Origin: an uncultured Nitrospinota bacterium
GTDB taxonomy: Bacteria; Tectomicrobia; Entotheonellia; J063; CAVPRW01
Length of the DNA: 64,000 nucleotides
Direction: 5' to 3'
Assembly: GCA_963707985.1 (NCBI GenBank)
Contig: CAVPRW010000045.1
Location: 224,001 to 288,000 of the forward strand
Shown here: in pieces, positions 21,548 to 32,239 of the stretch
Layout: each line of letters begins with the position of its first letter
Numbering within the stretch: the stretch's first letter is position 1
Made by a program: the position numbers and the translations under genes
The notes under the pieces: generated by a model
What the model was told of the DNA's origin: nothing
The model's input: only the letters and a program-made list of their open reading frames with translations
Databases searched by the model: none

Positions 21548-22353
21548 TCTGCTGGCGAGTTGGTGGGCTGGCTTTCCTCCTGCTCATAGGTGTCGTCGCC
21601 TGTGCACCACGAGCCCCTTTACGCCAACCTCTCATCCTCTCCCCGACAAGCATGTCTCCGGAGGAGATTCTGGCGTTATTCGATCAACGCTGGCAGGTCG
21701 CAGAGTCTCTGCGAGCCCTTGCCCGTGTTACCGTCACCTCGAGCCAAGGGCGCTATAGCACACGGCAGACCTTCCTCTGGCGCCGTCCAACCCTGATACG
21801 TCTCGATACCCTCAGTCTTTTCGGCCAGCCAGTGATGAGTCTGGTCGCTGACTCGGTCCAGGCCTCTATCTACTATCCGGCAGAGGGGACGTTCTTCCAA
21901 GGCCCTGCGAGCGCGGGCACCTTCGAGCGCGTTATCGGCTTACCGCTGGAGGCGGCCGAGTTCGCACCGCTGTTGATGGGCTACATCCGCCCGGGACCTG
22001 GACAACAGGTTGCGACGACTTCTCTGCAAGTCGACGAAAGCTTGTTTCTCCTGCGCTTTCTTGATGCCGAAGGGGGGGTGATCCAGGATGCATGGGTCGA
22101 TCCCGAACACTTGCTACCCAAGCGAGTGCGCCGGTATACTGCAGGTGGTCATGCCGCAGTCGACATCGCATACAGTCAGATCAGACTCCTCGCGGAAACC
22201 TTCCCGGCTCCTCATGTGCTGGCGATTTGGCTCCCACATGTGGAAACAGAGGTCCGCATTCAGTTTCTGGCAGTGGATCTCAACCCGCCGCTTTCTCCCA
22301 CCGCGTTTCAGCTGACACCGCCGGAGGGGGGACTGATGCGTCCGCTGCCATGA
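21544..22353 (+). CDS. Lipoprotein, LolB-like/DUF4292 family
   Basis: Lipobox VVAC; beta-rich sequence; occupies the lolB position before ispE. Confidence 0.6.
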   Translation: MICWRVGGLAFLLLIGVVACAPRAPLRQPLILSPTSMSPEEILALFDQRWQVAESLRALARVTVTSSQGRYSTRQTFLWRRPTLIRLDTLSLFGQPVMSLVADSVQASIYYPAEGTFFQGPASAGTFERVIGLPLEAAEFAPLLMGYIRPGPGQQVATTSLQVDESLFLLRFLDAEGGVIQDAWVDPEHLLPKRVRRYTAGGHAAVDIAYSQIRLLAETFPAPHVLAIWLPHVETEVRIQFLAVDLNPPLSPTAFQLTPPEGGLMRPLP

Positions 22354-23264
22354 GTTGGGGGCCACACTTCATGCATGCTTTTCCAGCCCAGTTTGCCGCG
22401 CCGGCCAAGATCAATCTTGGGTTGCGCATTCTTGGCAAGCGGCCCGATGGCTATCATGCCGTTCAGACAATCCTGCAGATGCTCGACCTCTGCGATTGGC
22501 TCACCTTTTCCCCGAAGGATGCGGAGACTATTCGGCTCACTTGCATACCAGCGGTCCTTCCAACGGACGGGAGCAACCTCGTCGTTCGGGCCGCCAGGCT
22601 CTTGCAGCAAACATTTCATGTCAAACAAGGGGTGGAAATCACCCTCGAAAAGCGCATTCCAATCGCTGCAGGCCTGGGTGGTGGCAGCAGTGATGCCGCA
22701 ACTACCCTACTCGTCCTCAACCATGTGTGGCAGCTACACCACCCCAAGGTCGCCTTATATCCCTTAGCCACTCAGTTGGGAAGCGATGTGCCATTCTTCC
22801 TGGAGGGCCCGACAGCATATGCGTACGGCCGTGGGGAAGCCCTCTCACCCGTCGCGTCTCCGCCACCACTGATAGGGATCTTGGTGAACCCGGGGTTTGG
22901 TGTGTCAGCGGGCTGGGCTTATGGGCAATTCACGGGGCAATCATCAGCAACAGACCTGACAATACCCAGCATTCTCCAGGCGCTTGCAAACCGTGATTTG
23001 ACCCGACTGGCCGAGCTCATGGTCAATGACCTCCAACCAGGAGTAGCGAGAGCCCACCCCTTTATATGCCAGGCGCAAGCGGCTTTGCACACAGTGGGGG
23101 CATCGGTTACCTTCATGTCCGGGAGTGGTCCCACAGTCGGGGGCCTCTTCTCATCCGCCGTCGCCCTTTCATCAGCGGTTGCCTCGTTGCGCCGGCATTC
23201 GGGGTGGGCTGTCATCCCGTTTACAACGCTCTCCGAGAGCTCCTATCCTCAACTCCGATATTGA
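22350..23264 (+). CDS. ispE: 4-diphosphocytidyl-2-C-methyl-D-erythritol kinase
   Basis: PAKINLGL, KRIPIAAGLGGGSSDAA, GSDVPFF, MSGSG; start at 22350 or 22371. Confidence 0.95.
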   Translation: MSWGPHFMHAFPAQFAAPAKINLGLRILGKRPDGYHAVQTILQMLDLCDWLTFSPKDAETIRLTCIPAVLPTDGSNLVVRAARLLQQTFHVKQGVEITLEKRIPIAAGLGGGSSDAATTLLVLNHVWQLHHPKVALYPLATQLGSDVPFFLEGPTAYAYGRGEALSPVASPPPLIGILVNPGFGVSAGWAYGQFTGQSSATDLTIPSILQALANRDLTRLAELMVNDLQPGVARAHPFICQAQAALHTVGASVTFMSGSGPTVGGLFSSAVALSSAVASLRRHSGWAVIPFTTLSESSYPQLRY

Positions 23265-23289
23265 CATGTAGATCCAATCAGTTTATCCT
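23261..23289 (+). promoter_or_regulatory. Candidate sigma70 promoter for tRNA-Gln
   Basis: TTGACA-17 bp-TATCCT; the -35 element overlaps the ispE stop codon. Confidence 0.6.
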
Positions 23290-23339
23290 AGCCATGCTTC
23301 GGCAGCATGGGGCTGACCTTGGGGATAGTGTTCTGGAGG

Positions 23340-23411
23340 TGGGGAGTCGCCAAGTGGTAAGGCACGTGGCTTTGGACCACGCATTCGGAGGTTCGAATCC
23401 TCCCTCCCCAG
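23340..23411 (+). tRNA. tRNA-Gln(TTG)
   Basis: Acceptor stem tggggag/ctcccca, anticodon arm cgtgg-cTTTGga-ccacg, T arm ggagg-ttcgaat-cctcc; CCA not encoded; conserved ispE-tRNA-Gln-prs order. Confidence 0.95.
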
Positions 23412-23703
23412 CTATGCCTACCTGGACGGAACGAAATTGTACTGACTGAGACGCAGCCCGCTGCTCCCGCTTATGGCGGGATTGGGACTGAATACGTCGC
23501 TCATCCCCGCTCAGATACCTTGGAAAATCTCTTTCAGTTCATGTGAAGCCGCGAAGGGAACCTCTGTTGGCTGAACCGGGGCAAGAGAGCAGGTGGATTT
23601 GCAGTGATGCCGTCGAGGTGTTACCTCTGGTTAGCCGAGATGTCAAGCACTTCTGTGGACCTAAAGCTATGATGCTGGAGTAACGGGACTGGAGGAGCGT
23701 GGC

Positions 23704-24645
23704 ATGCCACAAGGATTGGCCATCTTTTCGGGGCGTGCAAGTCTGGCCCTTGCGTCGAAGGTGTGTTTGTATGTCGGAGTACAACCGGGCTGCATTGAAG
23801 TCTCGAACTTTAGCGATGGCGAAATTTATGTCCAGATTAAAGAAAACGTCCGCGGCCGGGATGTTTTTGTGATCCAGTCGACCTGCCCGCCGGTGAACGA
23901 GAGCCTGATGGAATTGCTCATCATGATTGACGCCTTGAAACGCTCTTCCGCACGCCGGATTACCGCAGTGATCCCCTACTTCGGCTATGCGCGCCAAGAT
24001 AAAAAAGACGCCCCTCGGGTCCCGATCTCAGCCAAGCTGGTGGCGGACCTCATCGATGCTGCGGGTGCGGACCGGGTGCTGGCCATGGACCTGCATACGG
24101 CGCAGTTGCAGGGATTTTTCGATATCCCGGTAGACAATCTGTTTGCCAGTCCGGTGCTCCTACAACACATCAAACAACGCCATGACCTCGAGCTCATGGT
24201 CGTCTCCCCCGACACCGGGGGTCTCGCCCGAGCACGGGCCTTTGCCCGATGGCTGGATGCGCCTCTAGGGATTATTGACAAACGACGTGAGAGTAAGAAC
24301 GTTGCCCAGGTGCTGCATATCATTGGCGATGTTGCTGGCCGTGACGTGTTGCTGCCCGACGATATGATCGATACTGCGGGAACCATTGTCAACGCCGCCG
24401 AGGCCGTCGTCAAGAACGGGGCCCGTAGCGTGATGGCCTGTTGCACGCATCCCGTCTTCTCCGGACCGGCCATCGATCGTATCATCACTTCACCTTTACG
24501 TGAAGTCATTGCCACGGATACGATTCCCTTGCGCGAAGAGGCGCAGAACTGCGAGAAGATCACGGCATTATCGGTGTCAGGGCTGCTTGGGGAAGCAATC
24601 CGGCGTATTCATAACGACGAGTCGGTGAGTTCGTTGTTCGAATAG
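23704..24645 (+). CDS. prs: Ribose-phosphate pyrophosphokinase
   Basis: FSDGE, PYFGYARQD, VVSPDTGG, DDMIDTAGT. Confidence 0.96.
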   Translation: MPQGLAIFSGRASLALASKVCLYVGVQPGCIEVSNFSDGEIYVQIKENVRGRDVFVIQSTCPPVNESLMELLIMIDALKRSSARRITAVIPYFGYARQDKKDAPRVPISAKLVADLIDAAGADRVLAMDLHTAQLQGFFDIPVDNLFASPVLLQHIKQRHDLELMVVSPDTGGLARARAFARWLDAPLGIIDKRRESKNVAQVLHIIGDVAGRDVLLPDDMIDTAGTIVNAAEAVVKNGARSVMACCTHPVFSGPAIDRIITSPLREVIATDTIPLREEAQNCEKITALSVSGLLGEAIRRIHNDESVSSLFE

Positions 24646-24665
24646 GAGAAGTGAGGAGATTTCTT

Positions 24666-25292
24666 ATGGAAGCACCGATATTACAGGCTTTACGACGGAA
24701 CCGGTCAGGAAAGGGAGTGGCCCGTAAAATTCGCGCGCAAGGGATGATACCTGGCGTGCTCTACGGCGGTGGCGAGAACATCCCCCTGACGCTGAAGCCG
24801 CAGGAACTGTTAAAAATCCTCACCTCTGGAGAAAACACCATCTTTCAGCTCGAAATCGACGGCGAGCTGGGAGGAGATCGACAAGCTATCGTGCGTGACT
24901 TGCAACGTGACCCTTTGAAAGATACGCTCCTTCACGCCGATTTGTATCGCATTTCGATGGACGTGGAGATCACTGTCTCAGTGCCCATTGTGTTGCAGGG
25001 CATGTCCCGCGAGGTGAGCGATGTCGGCGGCATGATCAATCAACTCCTGCATGAGATCGAGATTCAGTGTCTGCCCAGCCTCATTCCGCACGAGTTGACC
25101 ATCGACGTTGCCCACTTGGGAATTGGCGAAGTTCTCCATGTGCGCGATTTACCAGTCCTGCAGGGGATTCAAGTTTTGGCCGCCTCCGATGAGGTGGTGG
25201 CGTCTGTCAGCGTCCGTGGTGAGGAGGTCGCCGCCGGAATGCCATCTGCGCCCGAAGGCCCGGCGTCCGCAGCCGAGACGGAAGAAAACTGA
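24666..25292 (+). CDS. rplY: 50S ribosomal protein L25/Ctc
   Basis: GKGVARKIR, IPGVLYG, HADLY plus Ctc C-terminal domain. Confidence 0.93.
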   Translation: MEAPILQALRRNRSGKGVARKIRAQGMIPGVLYGGGENIPLTLKPQELLKILTSGENTIFQLEIDGELGGDRQAIVRDLQRDPLKDTLLHADLYRISMDVEITVSVPIVLQGMSREVSDVGGMINQLLHEIEIQCLPSLIPHELTIDVAHLGIGEVLHVRDLPVLQGIQVLAASDEVVASVSVRGEEVAAGMPSAPEGPASAAETEEN

Positions 25293-25318
25293 GAGGGTAG
25301 GTATCGCGGTGAACCAAG

Positions 25319-25849
25319 GTGAAACTGATCGTGGGATTGGGCAACCCGGGCTCGCGCTATGCTGACACCCGCCATAATGTTGGCTTCCAGGTAATCGACA
25401 GCCTGGGGGCAGCTCATCATATCATCTTACAGAACCATCTTCCGACGGCGATGTATGGGGAGGGCACGATCGAAGCGCAAGCGGTCGTGCTGGCCTTGCC
25501 TCTGACCTATATGAATGCCAACGGCAAGGCAGTAGTCGACCTGTGTGCGCATTTCTCGATACTTCCGAATGATCTGATCGTTATCCACGACGATCTTGAC
25601 CTGCCTCTCGGCCGTATCAAACTCAAACTAAAAGGGGGCGACGCTGGGCACCATGGTGTGCAGTCGGTTATCGAACATCTGGGAACGGGAGAGTTCCTCA
25701 GAATTCGTGTCGGGGTTGGACGTCCCGCTAGCAGGGAGGAGATTGTTGCATACGTGCTCAGCCCCTTCATGCCTGATGAACTCCCACTGCTTCATGATGC
25801 AGTGGCCACTGCTGAGGAGAAAATCCTCAACGTTTTGCGATTGGGCTAA
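25319..25849 (+). CDS. pth: Peptidyl-tRNA hydrolase
   Basis: LIVGLGNPG, TRHNVGF, TYMN, HDDLD. Confidence 0.95.
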   Translation: MKLIVGLGNPGSRYADTRHNVGFQVIDSLGAAHHIILQNHLPTAMYGEGTIEAQAVVLALPLTYMNANGKAVVDLCAHFSILPNDLIVIHDDLDLPLGRIKLKLKGGDAGHHGVQSVIEHLGTGEFLRIRVGVGRPASREEIVAYVLSPFMPDELPLLHDAVATAEEKILNVLRLG

Positions 25850-25861
25850 AGGTCCAGCGAG

Positions 25862-27898
25862 ATGGAGCGTGCAGCCGTGACCGACAATCTTTGGGCTCTG
25901 TTGATGTGGGCACCGATCCTCGGCGCTCTTGGCCTTATCGTGGCTGGGGGGATCTACCTGTATATCCTACGCCAACCCTCGGGGAGCGGGGAGATGCAGG
26001 AGATTGCCACGGCTATTCACGAAGGGGCTATGGTGTTTCTGATGCGTGAATACCAGATTCTGGCGGTTTTTGTGCTGGTGGTATTCGCGTTGCTTGGCTG
26101 GTTCATTAACGGCTCCACAGCCATGGCGTTTCTGGCCGGAGCGGCGTGCTCGATGCTGGCGGGCTATTTCGGCATGGAGGCGGCAACTCGAGCGAATGTG
26201 CGCACGGCTCAGGCTGCCAACCAACACGGCGAGGCACAGGCGCTCATGATAGCCTTCTATGGCGGTGCCGTGATGGGGCTGTCGGTGGCGAGCCTCGGAC
26301 TGATAGGCATTGGCTATTTTTTCCTGCGCTATGCCATGGTTGACCCGGCCGTGATCAGTGGTTTCGCCATGGGCGCGAGTTCCATTGCCCTGTTCGCGCG
26401 CGTGGGTGGAGGCATCTTTACGAAGAGCGCCGACGTCGGAAGCGATCTGGTCGGCAAGCTTGAAGCGGGGATCCCCGAAGATGATCCACGCAATCCTGGG
26501 GTGATTGCTGATAATGTCGGCGATAACGTCGGGGATGTCGCCGGCATGGGCGCCGATATCTTTGAGTCCTATGTGGGGGCGGTCATCGCCACCATCGCCA
26601 TTGGGGCAACGGCAGCGCTGGCGGCAGCCGCACCACTCAAATGGATGGCCCTACCCCTCATCATTGCGATGGCAGGTCTGGTGGCGTCGATGGTCGGGAT
26701 CTTCTCGATTCGGGTACTGCAACGCTATACGCCACAGGCGGCACTGCGCTACTCCACCTTCATCGCCGCCGGGCTCTTCCTGATCGCGGCACTGATGATC
26801 TGCCTCGCGATGGGTCTCGAAGGCAGCCTGATGAGTGGCGCCCCGGTGAGCGGTTTTGGTGTGTTCTTAGCCATCTTCTCGGGGACGGCAGTGGGGATTT
26901 TGATCGGCCTCTTCACAGAGTATTACACGAGTGCCGGCCCGATCTTAAAAATCGCCGAATCGTCGCGGACTGGCCCGGCCACCAACATTATCACCGGCTT
27001 TGCGGTCGGGCTTGAGAGCACCGTGTTGCCCATCCTCGCGATTGTTGCCGCCATCCTCATTGCTGCTCATGTCGCCGGGGTGTATGGCATCGGCATCTCA
27101 GCCGTCGGCATGCTGGCGACGGTCGGGATTACCATGTCCGTCGACGCCTATGGGCCGATCGCTGATAACGCGGGAGGGATCTCCGAGATGGCGGGTCTGG
27201 GGGAGGAGACACGGCGCATTACCGATGGCCTAGACGCCCTCGGAAACACCACGGCTGCTATGGGCAAGGGCTTCGCCATTGGTTCAGCAGCGCTGACGGC
27301 ACTAGCGCTCTACAGCGCGTATACCCAAGCGGTTGGTCTGCGGGTCATCGATCTCACCGAGGCCTATGTTGTCGCCGGAACCTTCATTGGAGGGATCATT
27401 CCATTCTTCATCGCGGCCCTGACCATGACTTCAGTCGGCAAGGCCGCGTATGAGATGGTGAACGAGATTCGCCGCCAGTTCAAAGAGATTCCCGGCCTGA
27501 TGGAAGGTAAAACCAAACCCGATTCCGCCCGCTGCGTGGCCATCAGCACTACCGCTGCGCTGAAAGAGATGATCGCCCCCGGCCTCACCGCGGTGTCGGC
27601 GCCGCCGATTGTTGGTTTCCTGCTGGGGAAGGAGGCACTTGGCGGCATGTTAGCCGGAGCGACGCTCTCCGGCGTCTTGCTAGCTCTGCTCATGGCAAAT
27701 GCCGGTGGCGCTTGGGATAACGCGAAGAAACACATCGAGCAGGGTCATCTCGGCGGTAAGCGATCAGAGACACATATGGCAGCCGTGGTCGGCGATACTG
27801 TCGGCGATCCCTTCAAGGATACCTCAGGGCCGTCAATGAATATTCTGATTAAGCTCATGGCCGTGGTTTCACTCGTCCTGGCTCCTCTCCTAAGCTAA
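25862..27898 (+). CDS. hppA: Membrane-integral pyrophosphatase, K+-dependent type (probably Na+-translocating)
   Basis: [55 protein letters not shown]. Confidence 0.93.
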   Translation: MERAAVTDNLWALLMWAPILGALGLIVAGGIYLYILRQPSGSGEMQEIATAIHEGAMVFLMREYQILAVFVLVVFALLGWFINGSTAMAFLAGAACSMLAGYFGMEAATRANVRTAQAANQHGEAQALMIAFYGGAVMGLSVASLGLIGIGYFFLRYAMVDPAVISGFAMGASSIALFARVGGGIFTKSADVGSDLVGKLEAGIPEDDPRNPGVIADNVGDNVGDVAGMGADIFESYVGAVIATIAIGATAALAAAAPLKWMALPLIIAMAGLVASMVGIFSIRVLQRYTPQAALRYSTFIAAGLFLIAALMICLAMGLEGSLMSGAPVSGFGVFLAIFSGTAVGILIGLFTEYYTSAGPILKIAESSRTGPATNIITGFAVGLESTVLPILAIVAAILIAAHVAGVYGIGISAVGMLATVGITMSVDAYGPIADNAGGISEMAGLGEETRRITDGLDALGNTTAAMGKGFAIGSAALTALALYSAYTQAVGLRVIDLTEAYVVAGTFIGGIIPFFIAALTMTSVGKAAYEMVNEIRRQFKEIPGLMEGKTKPDSARCVAISTTAALKEMIAPGLTAVSAPPIVGFLLGKEALGGMLAGATLSGVLLALLMANAGGAWDNAKKHIEQGHLGGKRSETHMAAVVGDTVGDPFKDTSGPSMNILIKLMAVVSLVLAPLLS

Positions 27899-28162
27899 AC
27901 GCGTTCCCCTCATGGTTGTGTGAATTGACGGATCTGAGGACTATCACCGAGCTGAGCCTCGTCCCCGCCCTATCAGGTAGGATAGGCGGGTCCCCTTCAG
28001 AAGTGTTACCCCGGCAGAGGTCAGTGCTGGCTCACCACATACAAACTGGAGATGGAGAGTTGTGTGTAGGATCAGTCGTCTGCGCAACGCATCAAGCTGT
28101 TGCCACACCACTTGAGATGCGTCGTAGACCGCGATGCAAGGAATCAGATACGCCGTCAAGGC

Positions 28163-28191
28163 TTGATTTTATCTCGCATCTATGGTACGTT
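28163..28191 (+). promoter_or_regulatory. Candidate sigma70 promoter for the rpsF operon
   Basis: TTGATT-17 bp-TACGTT with extended TG. Confidence 0.4.
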
Positions 28192-28249
28192 GCGGCCCAT
28201 AGGTACGCCATGGGCAGGTGGGTGTGAACCACAAGGGGGTATGGCATAG

Positions 28250-28633
28250 ATGCCACTGTATGAAACGATTTTCATCATCCATCCGGAGCTGAATGAAGAG
28301 GATGTCGAGGACCATATCAAGCGGGTTGAGAATCTGATCACCCGCTTCGGTGGTGAGATCCTAAAGACCGAGCGTTGGGGTAAAAAGCGCCTGGCTTACG
28401 AGATCGACAAGCATCGGTATGGGTTTTATGTGCTCCTGCGACTGCAGGGTAATTCCGCTATCCTGCCGGAGTTAGAGCGACATTATCGCCTCACAGAGGG
28501 GATCATCAAGTCACTGGTCATTCGCCTACATGCGGAACCAAAGGAGGAGGCGGTACTGGTGGCCCACGAGGGGTCGGGTGATGAGGATGAGCACTCGCCG
28601 CAGGATGACGAAGAGGATGAGGAGGGCCGCTGA
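28250..28633 (+). CDS. rpsF: 30S ribosomal protein S6
   Basis: YETIFI, WGKKRLAYEI, acidic tail. Confidence 0.95.
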   Translation: MPLYETIFIIHPELNEEDVEDHIKRVENLITRFGGEILKTERWGKKRLAYEIDKHRYGFYVLLRLQGNSAILPELERHYRLTEGIIKSLVIRLHAEPKEEAVLVAHEGSGDEDEHSPQDDEEDEEGR

Positions 28634-29040
28634 TGGCCAGCTTGAATAATGTCGTGCTCCTGGGCAATTTAACTCGAGATCCTGAGGTGCGTTACACTCC
28701 GTCTGGGACTCCGGTGGCAACCCTGGGTCTGGCAGTGAACAATCGGATGAAACAAGGCGATGAGTGGAAAGATGATCCTTGCTTCATCGATGTCGTGGTG
28801 TTTGGAAAGCAGGCTGAAAGCTGTGGGGAGTATCTCAGTAAGGGACAGCCAATACTCGTCGAAGGCCGTCTCCGCTATCGTACCTGGGAGGGGCAGGACG
28901 GGCAAAAGCGCAGCAAGCACGAAATTTCAGCCTTTCGCGTCCAATTCATGCCCAAAGGCGGTCGCGCACCGGGAAGTGGGGGATTCGCCGGCGATATGAG
29001 CGAAGGCGAGCCGATGGACGATGATGATGTACCCTTCTAG
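28633..29040 (+). CDS. ssb: Single-stranded DNA-binding protein
   Basis: GNLTRDPE, VEGRL, C-terminal DDDVPF. Confidence 0.96.
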   Translation: MASLNNVVLLGNLTRDPEVRYTPSGTPVATLGLAVNNRMKQGDEWKDDPCFIDVVVFGKQAESCGEYLSKGQPILVEGRLRYRTWEGQDGQKRSKHEISAFRVQFMPKGGRAPGSGGFAGDMSEGEPMDDDDVPF

Positions 29041-29110
29041 AAACATCCATTAGCTCTAGGTATAATCGACCACGCATCACGCGCCGTCGGGCGCAGGAGG
29101 CGACGACAGG

Positions 29111-29341
29111 GTGGCAACGAAAAGGCGTTTTCCACGGAAAAAGATCTGCCGTTTCTGTTCAGATAAGATTGCGGATATTGACTATAAAGATATTAAACGG
29201 TTGCGGAACTTGATCACCGAGCGCGGAAAAATCATTCCACGCCGCATCTCCGGTAATTGTGCTCGACACCAACGCCAGCTTGGCACTGCTATTAAGCGCG
29301 CCCGCAACATCGCGCTCATGCCATTCACAGCCGAGCGCTGA
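29111..29341 (+). CDS. rpsR: 30S ribosomal protein S18 (Zn-binding form)
   Basis: [25 protein letters not shown]. Confidence 0.96.
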   Translation: MATKRRFPRKKICRFCSDKIADIDYKDIKRLRNLITERGKIIPRRISGNCARHQRQLGTAIKRARNIALMPFTAER

Positions 29342-29480
29342 GAGTCCGCGCATACGGGCGGCAGCGGTCCCGGCCGGCTTCCCCAACTTGCACAGTCGAC
29401 ATACCCCCGACGCATTGGCACGCTGATGACTGACGGCGCAGAGGAAGGGATCGATGGGCGGTTCATTCTCTGGGACACGA

Positions 29481-30404
29481 ATGAGTGTTCAGGTGCTGAT
29501 GCTGGCGGCCTTTACGGTGACACTATTTGCCGCGGCCCGGTTCGTACCAGTGCTGGGCCTCTTGGTTAGCCTGTTAGCCCCCACCCCGATTCTTCTGGTG
29601 ACACTTCGACATGGTTTCGGCACAGGGTTACTCGTACTCGGTCTGTCAACCTTGTCCATCGCCGTGCTTTTTGGAAACCTTCAGAGCACAATATTTCTGG
29701 CTGAATACGGCATTATGGCGCTAGTGATGTCCGAGGCCATTAAACGTCAATGGTCTGTTGAGAGGACCATTCTAGCATCTACAGCCTTGCCGGCGGTGGC
29801 TAGTGGCGCGTTGATTGCCCTGCTGATCTCATCCCTCGACCTCAGCGCCGTAAAGCAACACTTTGAGGAGGATCTCAGTCAAGCGCTACGCCAGGTGTTG
29901 AGCGATGGAGGAGGGCTGAGCGCTGATGCCCTGCGTGCCTACGTTCAGGAGGTATTGGGGATGGTTGTGCAGCTGCTTCCTGCACTGTTCGTACTCAGTA
30001 CGGCAGCGGGAGCCCTGCTCAACTATAGCGTGGTGCGCCTCTTATGGAGCCGTCTGGGCCACCGGCCACCGCTGTCGACGATAACGCTCGCACAGTGGAA
30101 GGCTCCGGAAGTCTGCGTCTGGGTGTTGATCGCCAGCGGTATCAGCTCTTTTATGCCGCTTCCGAGCATGCAGATCGGAGGACTGAATGTGCTGTTGCTG
30201 GTCAGCCTTGTCTATCTGGTCCAGGGGCTCGGCGTCATGGTGTTCTATTTGAATCGAGCCGCGGTGCCGCCCATATGGCGCAGCCTGACTTATATCTTTT
30301 TGGTGATCCAGCCCTTGTTTCTGCTGGGGGTGGCAGCGTTTGGACTTTTCGATCTGTGGTTTGATTTTCGACGTATAGGCAACAAACAGGAGGAAACACC
30401 ATGA
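29481..30404 (+). CDS. DUF2232/YybS family membrane protein
   Basis: Multi-TM protein ending FGLFDLWFDFR, in the usual rpsR-rplI slot; alternative start at 29454. Confidence 0.8.
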   Translation: MSVQVLMLAAFTVTLFAAARFVPVLGLLVSLLAPTPILLVTLRHGFGTGLLVLGLSTLSIAVLFGNLQSTIFLAEYGIMALVMSEAIKRQWSVERTILASTALPAVASGALIALLISSLDLSAVKQHFEEDLSQALRQVLSDGGGLSADALRAYVQEVLGMVVQLLPALFVLSTAAGALLNYSVVRLLWSRLGHRPPLSTITLAQWKAPEVCVWVLIASGISSFMPLPSMQIGGLNVLLLVSLVYLVQGLGVMVFYLNRAAVPPIWRSLTYIFLVIQPLFLLGVAAFGLFDLWFDFRRIGNKQEETP

Positions 30405-30847
30405 AGGTGATTCTCACCGCCGATCTGCCGAATGTCGGGGATGTCGGTCAGGTTGTCGATGTGGCCAACGGTTTCGGACGCAATTACCTTATTCCACGTG
30501 GTTTTGCAATTCTTGCCACGCCGGGGAACGAACGCAGCCTGGCCCAGCAACAAAAAGCACGGCTAGCTCAAGAGGCCAAAAACAAAGCCGAAGCTGAGGC
30601 GCTAGCGACGCAGCTGCAGGCCCTGCTGCTCAGCATCGCCAAGAAAACTGGAGAAGGGGAGCGCCTCTATGGCTCTGTCACCTCCATGGACATCGCTGAC
30701 CTCATCAAAGCACGCGGCATCGCGCTCGATCGGCGTCGCATCATGCTCGAGACTCCCCTGAAAACCTTAGGCAAGCACAAGGTGCCAATCCGCCTGCATC
30801 CCGACGTAGTCGCTGAGGTCGAAGTGGCTGTGACCAAGGAATCGTAA
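30401..30847 (+). CDS. rplI: 50S ribosomal protein L9
   Basis: MKVIL, GFGRNYLIP, LYGSVT. Confidence 0.96.
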   Translation: MKVILTADLPNVGDVGQVVDVANGFGRNYLIPRGFAILATPGNERSLAQQQKARLAQEAKNKAEAEALATQLQALLLSIAKKTGEGERLYGSVTSMDIADLIKARGIALDRRRIMLETPLKTLGKHKVPIRLHPDVVAEVEVAVTKES

Positions 30848-30880
30848 CGAGGGGATAGTGCTACCACGGGAGGGAGATGC

Positions 30881-32239
30881 GTGCAGTCATCGGAGCTGGC
30901 GCTTCACAAGTTGCCACCCCAGCACATCGAGGCTGAGCAGTGTGTCTTGGGGGCGATCCTGCTCGAAAACGATGCCTTGCTCAAAGCCTTAGAGCTTCTC
31001 AAGCCGACACATTTCTATCGGGACTCCCACCGTAAGATCTACGAAGCGATCTTAGACTTGTTCGAGCGTAATGAGCCCATCGATCTCTTGACCGTCAGTG
31101 AGTCCCTGCGGAAACGCAGCCAACTCGAAGAAATTGGGGGATCAACCTATGTGGCAACCCTCCTGGAGACCGTCCCGACCGCGGCAAATATCCGTTACCA
31201 CGCGCGCATGGTGCGCGAAAAAGCGATTTTGCGCAGCCTCATCAATGTCTCCACCGAGGTGATCGCTGAGTGCTACGAACATACGGAAGATGTCGAAGAA
31301 CTCCTGGACCGCGCCGAGCGCATGATTTTTGAAATTTCGGAACAGCGCATCAACGCTGCTTTTGCGAATCTGAAGGAGTTGCTGAAGGATAGCATTCGCT
31401 ACACCGAGCAACTCTACGAACGCCACGAGCTCATCACGGGCCTACCATCGGGATTCCGTGACTTTGACCAAATAACCGCCGGCCTACAGCCATCAGATCT
31501 GATCATCGTCGCGGCCAGGCCAGGAATGGGAAAGACTGCTTTCGCGCTCAATATCGCCCGCAATGTAGGGATGCGTATGCGCGACCCGCGCCAAGCGGTA
31601 GCCGTTTTCAGCCTGGAAATGTCCAAAGAGCAGCTAGCGCTGCGCATGCTCTGTGCGGAGGCACGGATTGATTCCAGCCGTCTGCGCCGGGGATATCTGG
31701 ACAAACAGGAGTGGGGACGCCTCGTCAATGCTGCCAACGATCTGTCGGATGTCCCGGTGTTCATTGATGACAGTCCCGGACTCTCAGCACTAGATATCCG
31801 GGCCAAGGCGCGCCGACTTCAGGCGGAACACGGCCTCAGCCTGATTATTGTCGATTACCTACAGCTGCTGCGTGGTCGAGGGCGTGTGGAGAACCGCCAG
31901 CAAGAGATCTCCGAGATCAGTCGGTCACTGAAAGCTCTGGCCAAAGAGCTCAAGGTTCCGGTGGTTGCACTCTCCCAGCTGAGCCGCGCCGTGGAACAAC
32001 GCGGGGATCGTATGCCACAGCTGGCGGATTTACGTGAATCTGGAGCCATCGAGCAGGACGCAGACCTGATCGTGTTCATCTACCGTGATGAGGTCTATAA
32101 CAAGGAAACGAAGGATAAGGGCATCGCCAAAATCATCGTCGGGAAACAACGCAACGGTCCAACCGGCGAGGTAGACCTGACGTTCCTCAAGGAATATGCT
32201 AGATTCGAGACGCTCGAAAAGCGTCGAGACCCGTTGTAG
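30881..32239 (+). CDS. dnaB: Replicative DNA helicase
   Basis: ARPGMGKT, FSLEM, VDYLQL, LSQLSR, DLRESGAIEQDAD, KQRNGP; no intein. Confidence 0.97.
   Translation: MQSSELALHKLPPQHIEAEQCVLGAILLENDALLKALELLKPTHFYRDSHRKIYEAILDLFERNEPIDLLTVSESLRKRSQLEEIGGSTYVATLLETVPTAANIRYHARMVREKAILRSLINVSTEVIAECYEHTEDVEELLDRAERMIFEISEQRINAAFANLKELLKDSIRYTEQLYERHELITGLPSGFRDFDQITAGLQPSDLIIVAARPGMGKTAFALNIARNVGMRMRDPRQAVAVFSLEMSKEQLALRMLCAEARIDSSRLRRGYLDKQEWGRLVNAANDLSDVPVFIDDSPGLSALDIRAKARRLQAEHGLSLIIVDYLQLLRGRGRVENRQQEISEISRSLKALAKELKVPVVALSQLSRAVEQRGDRMPQLADLRESGAIEQDADLIVFIYRDEVYNKETKDKGIAKIIVGKQRNGPTGEVDLTFLKEYARFETLEKRRDPL

Noticed and set aside
23309..23339. GGGGCTGA resembling a tmRNA 5' end
   Set aside because: No following conserved tmRNA sequence or matching 3' end; it is the tRNA-Gln leader.
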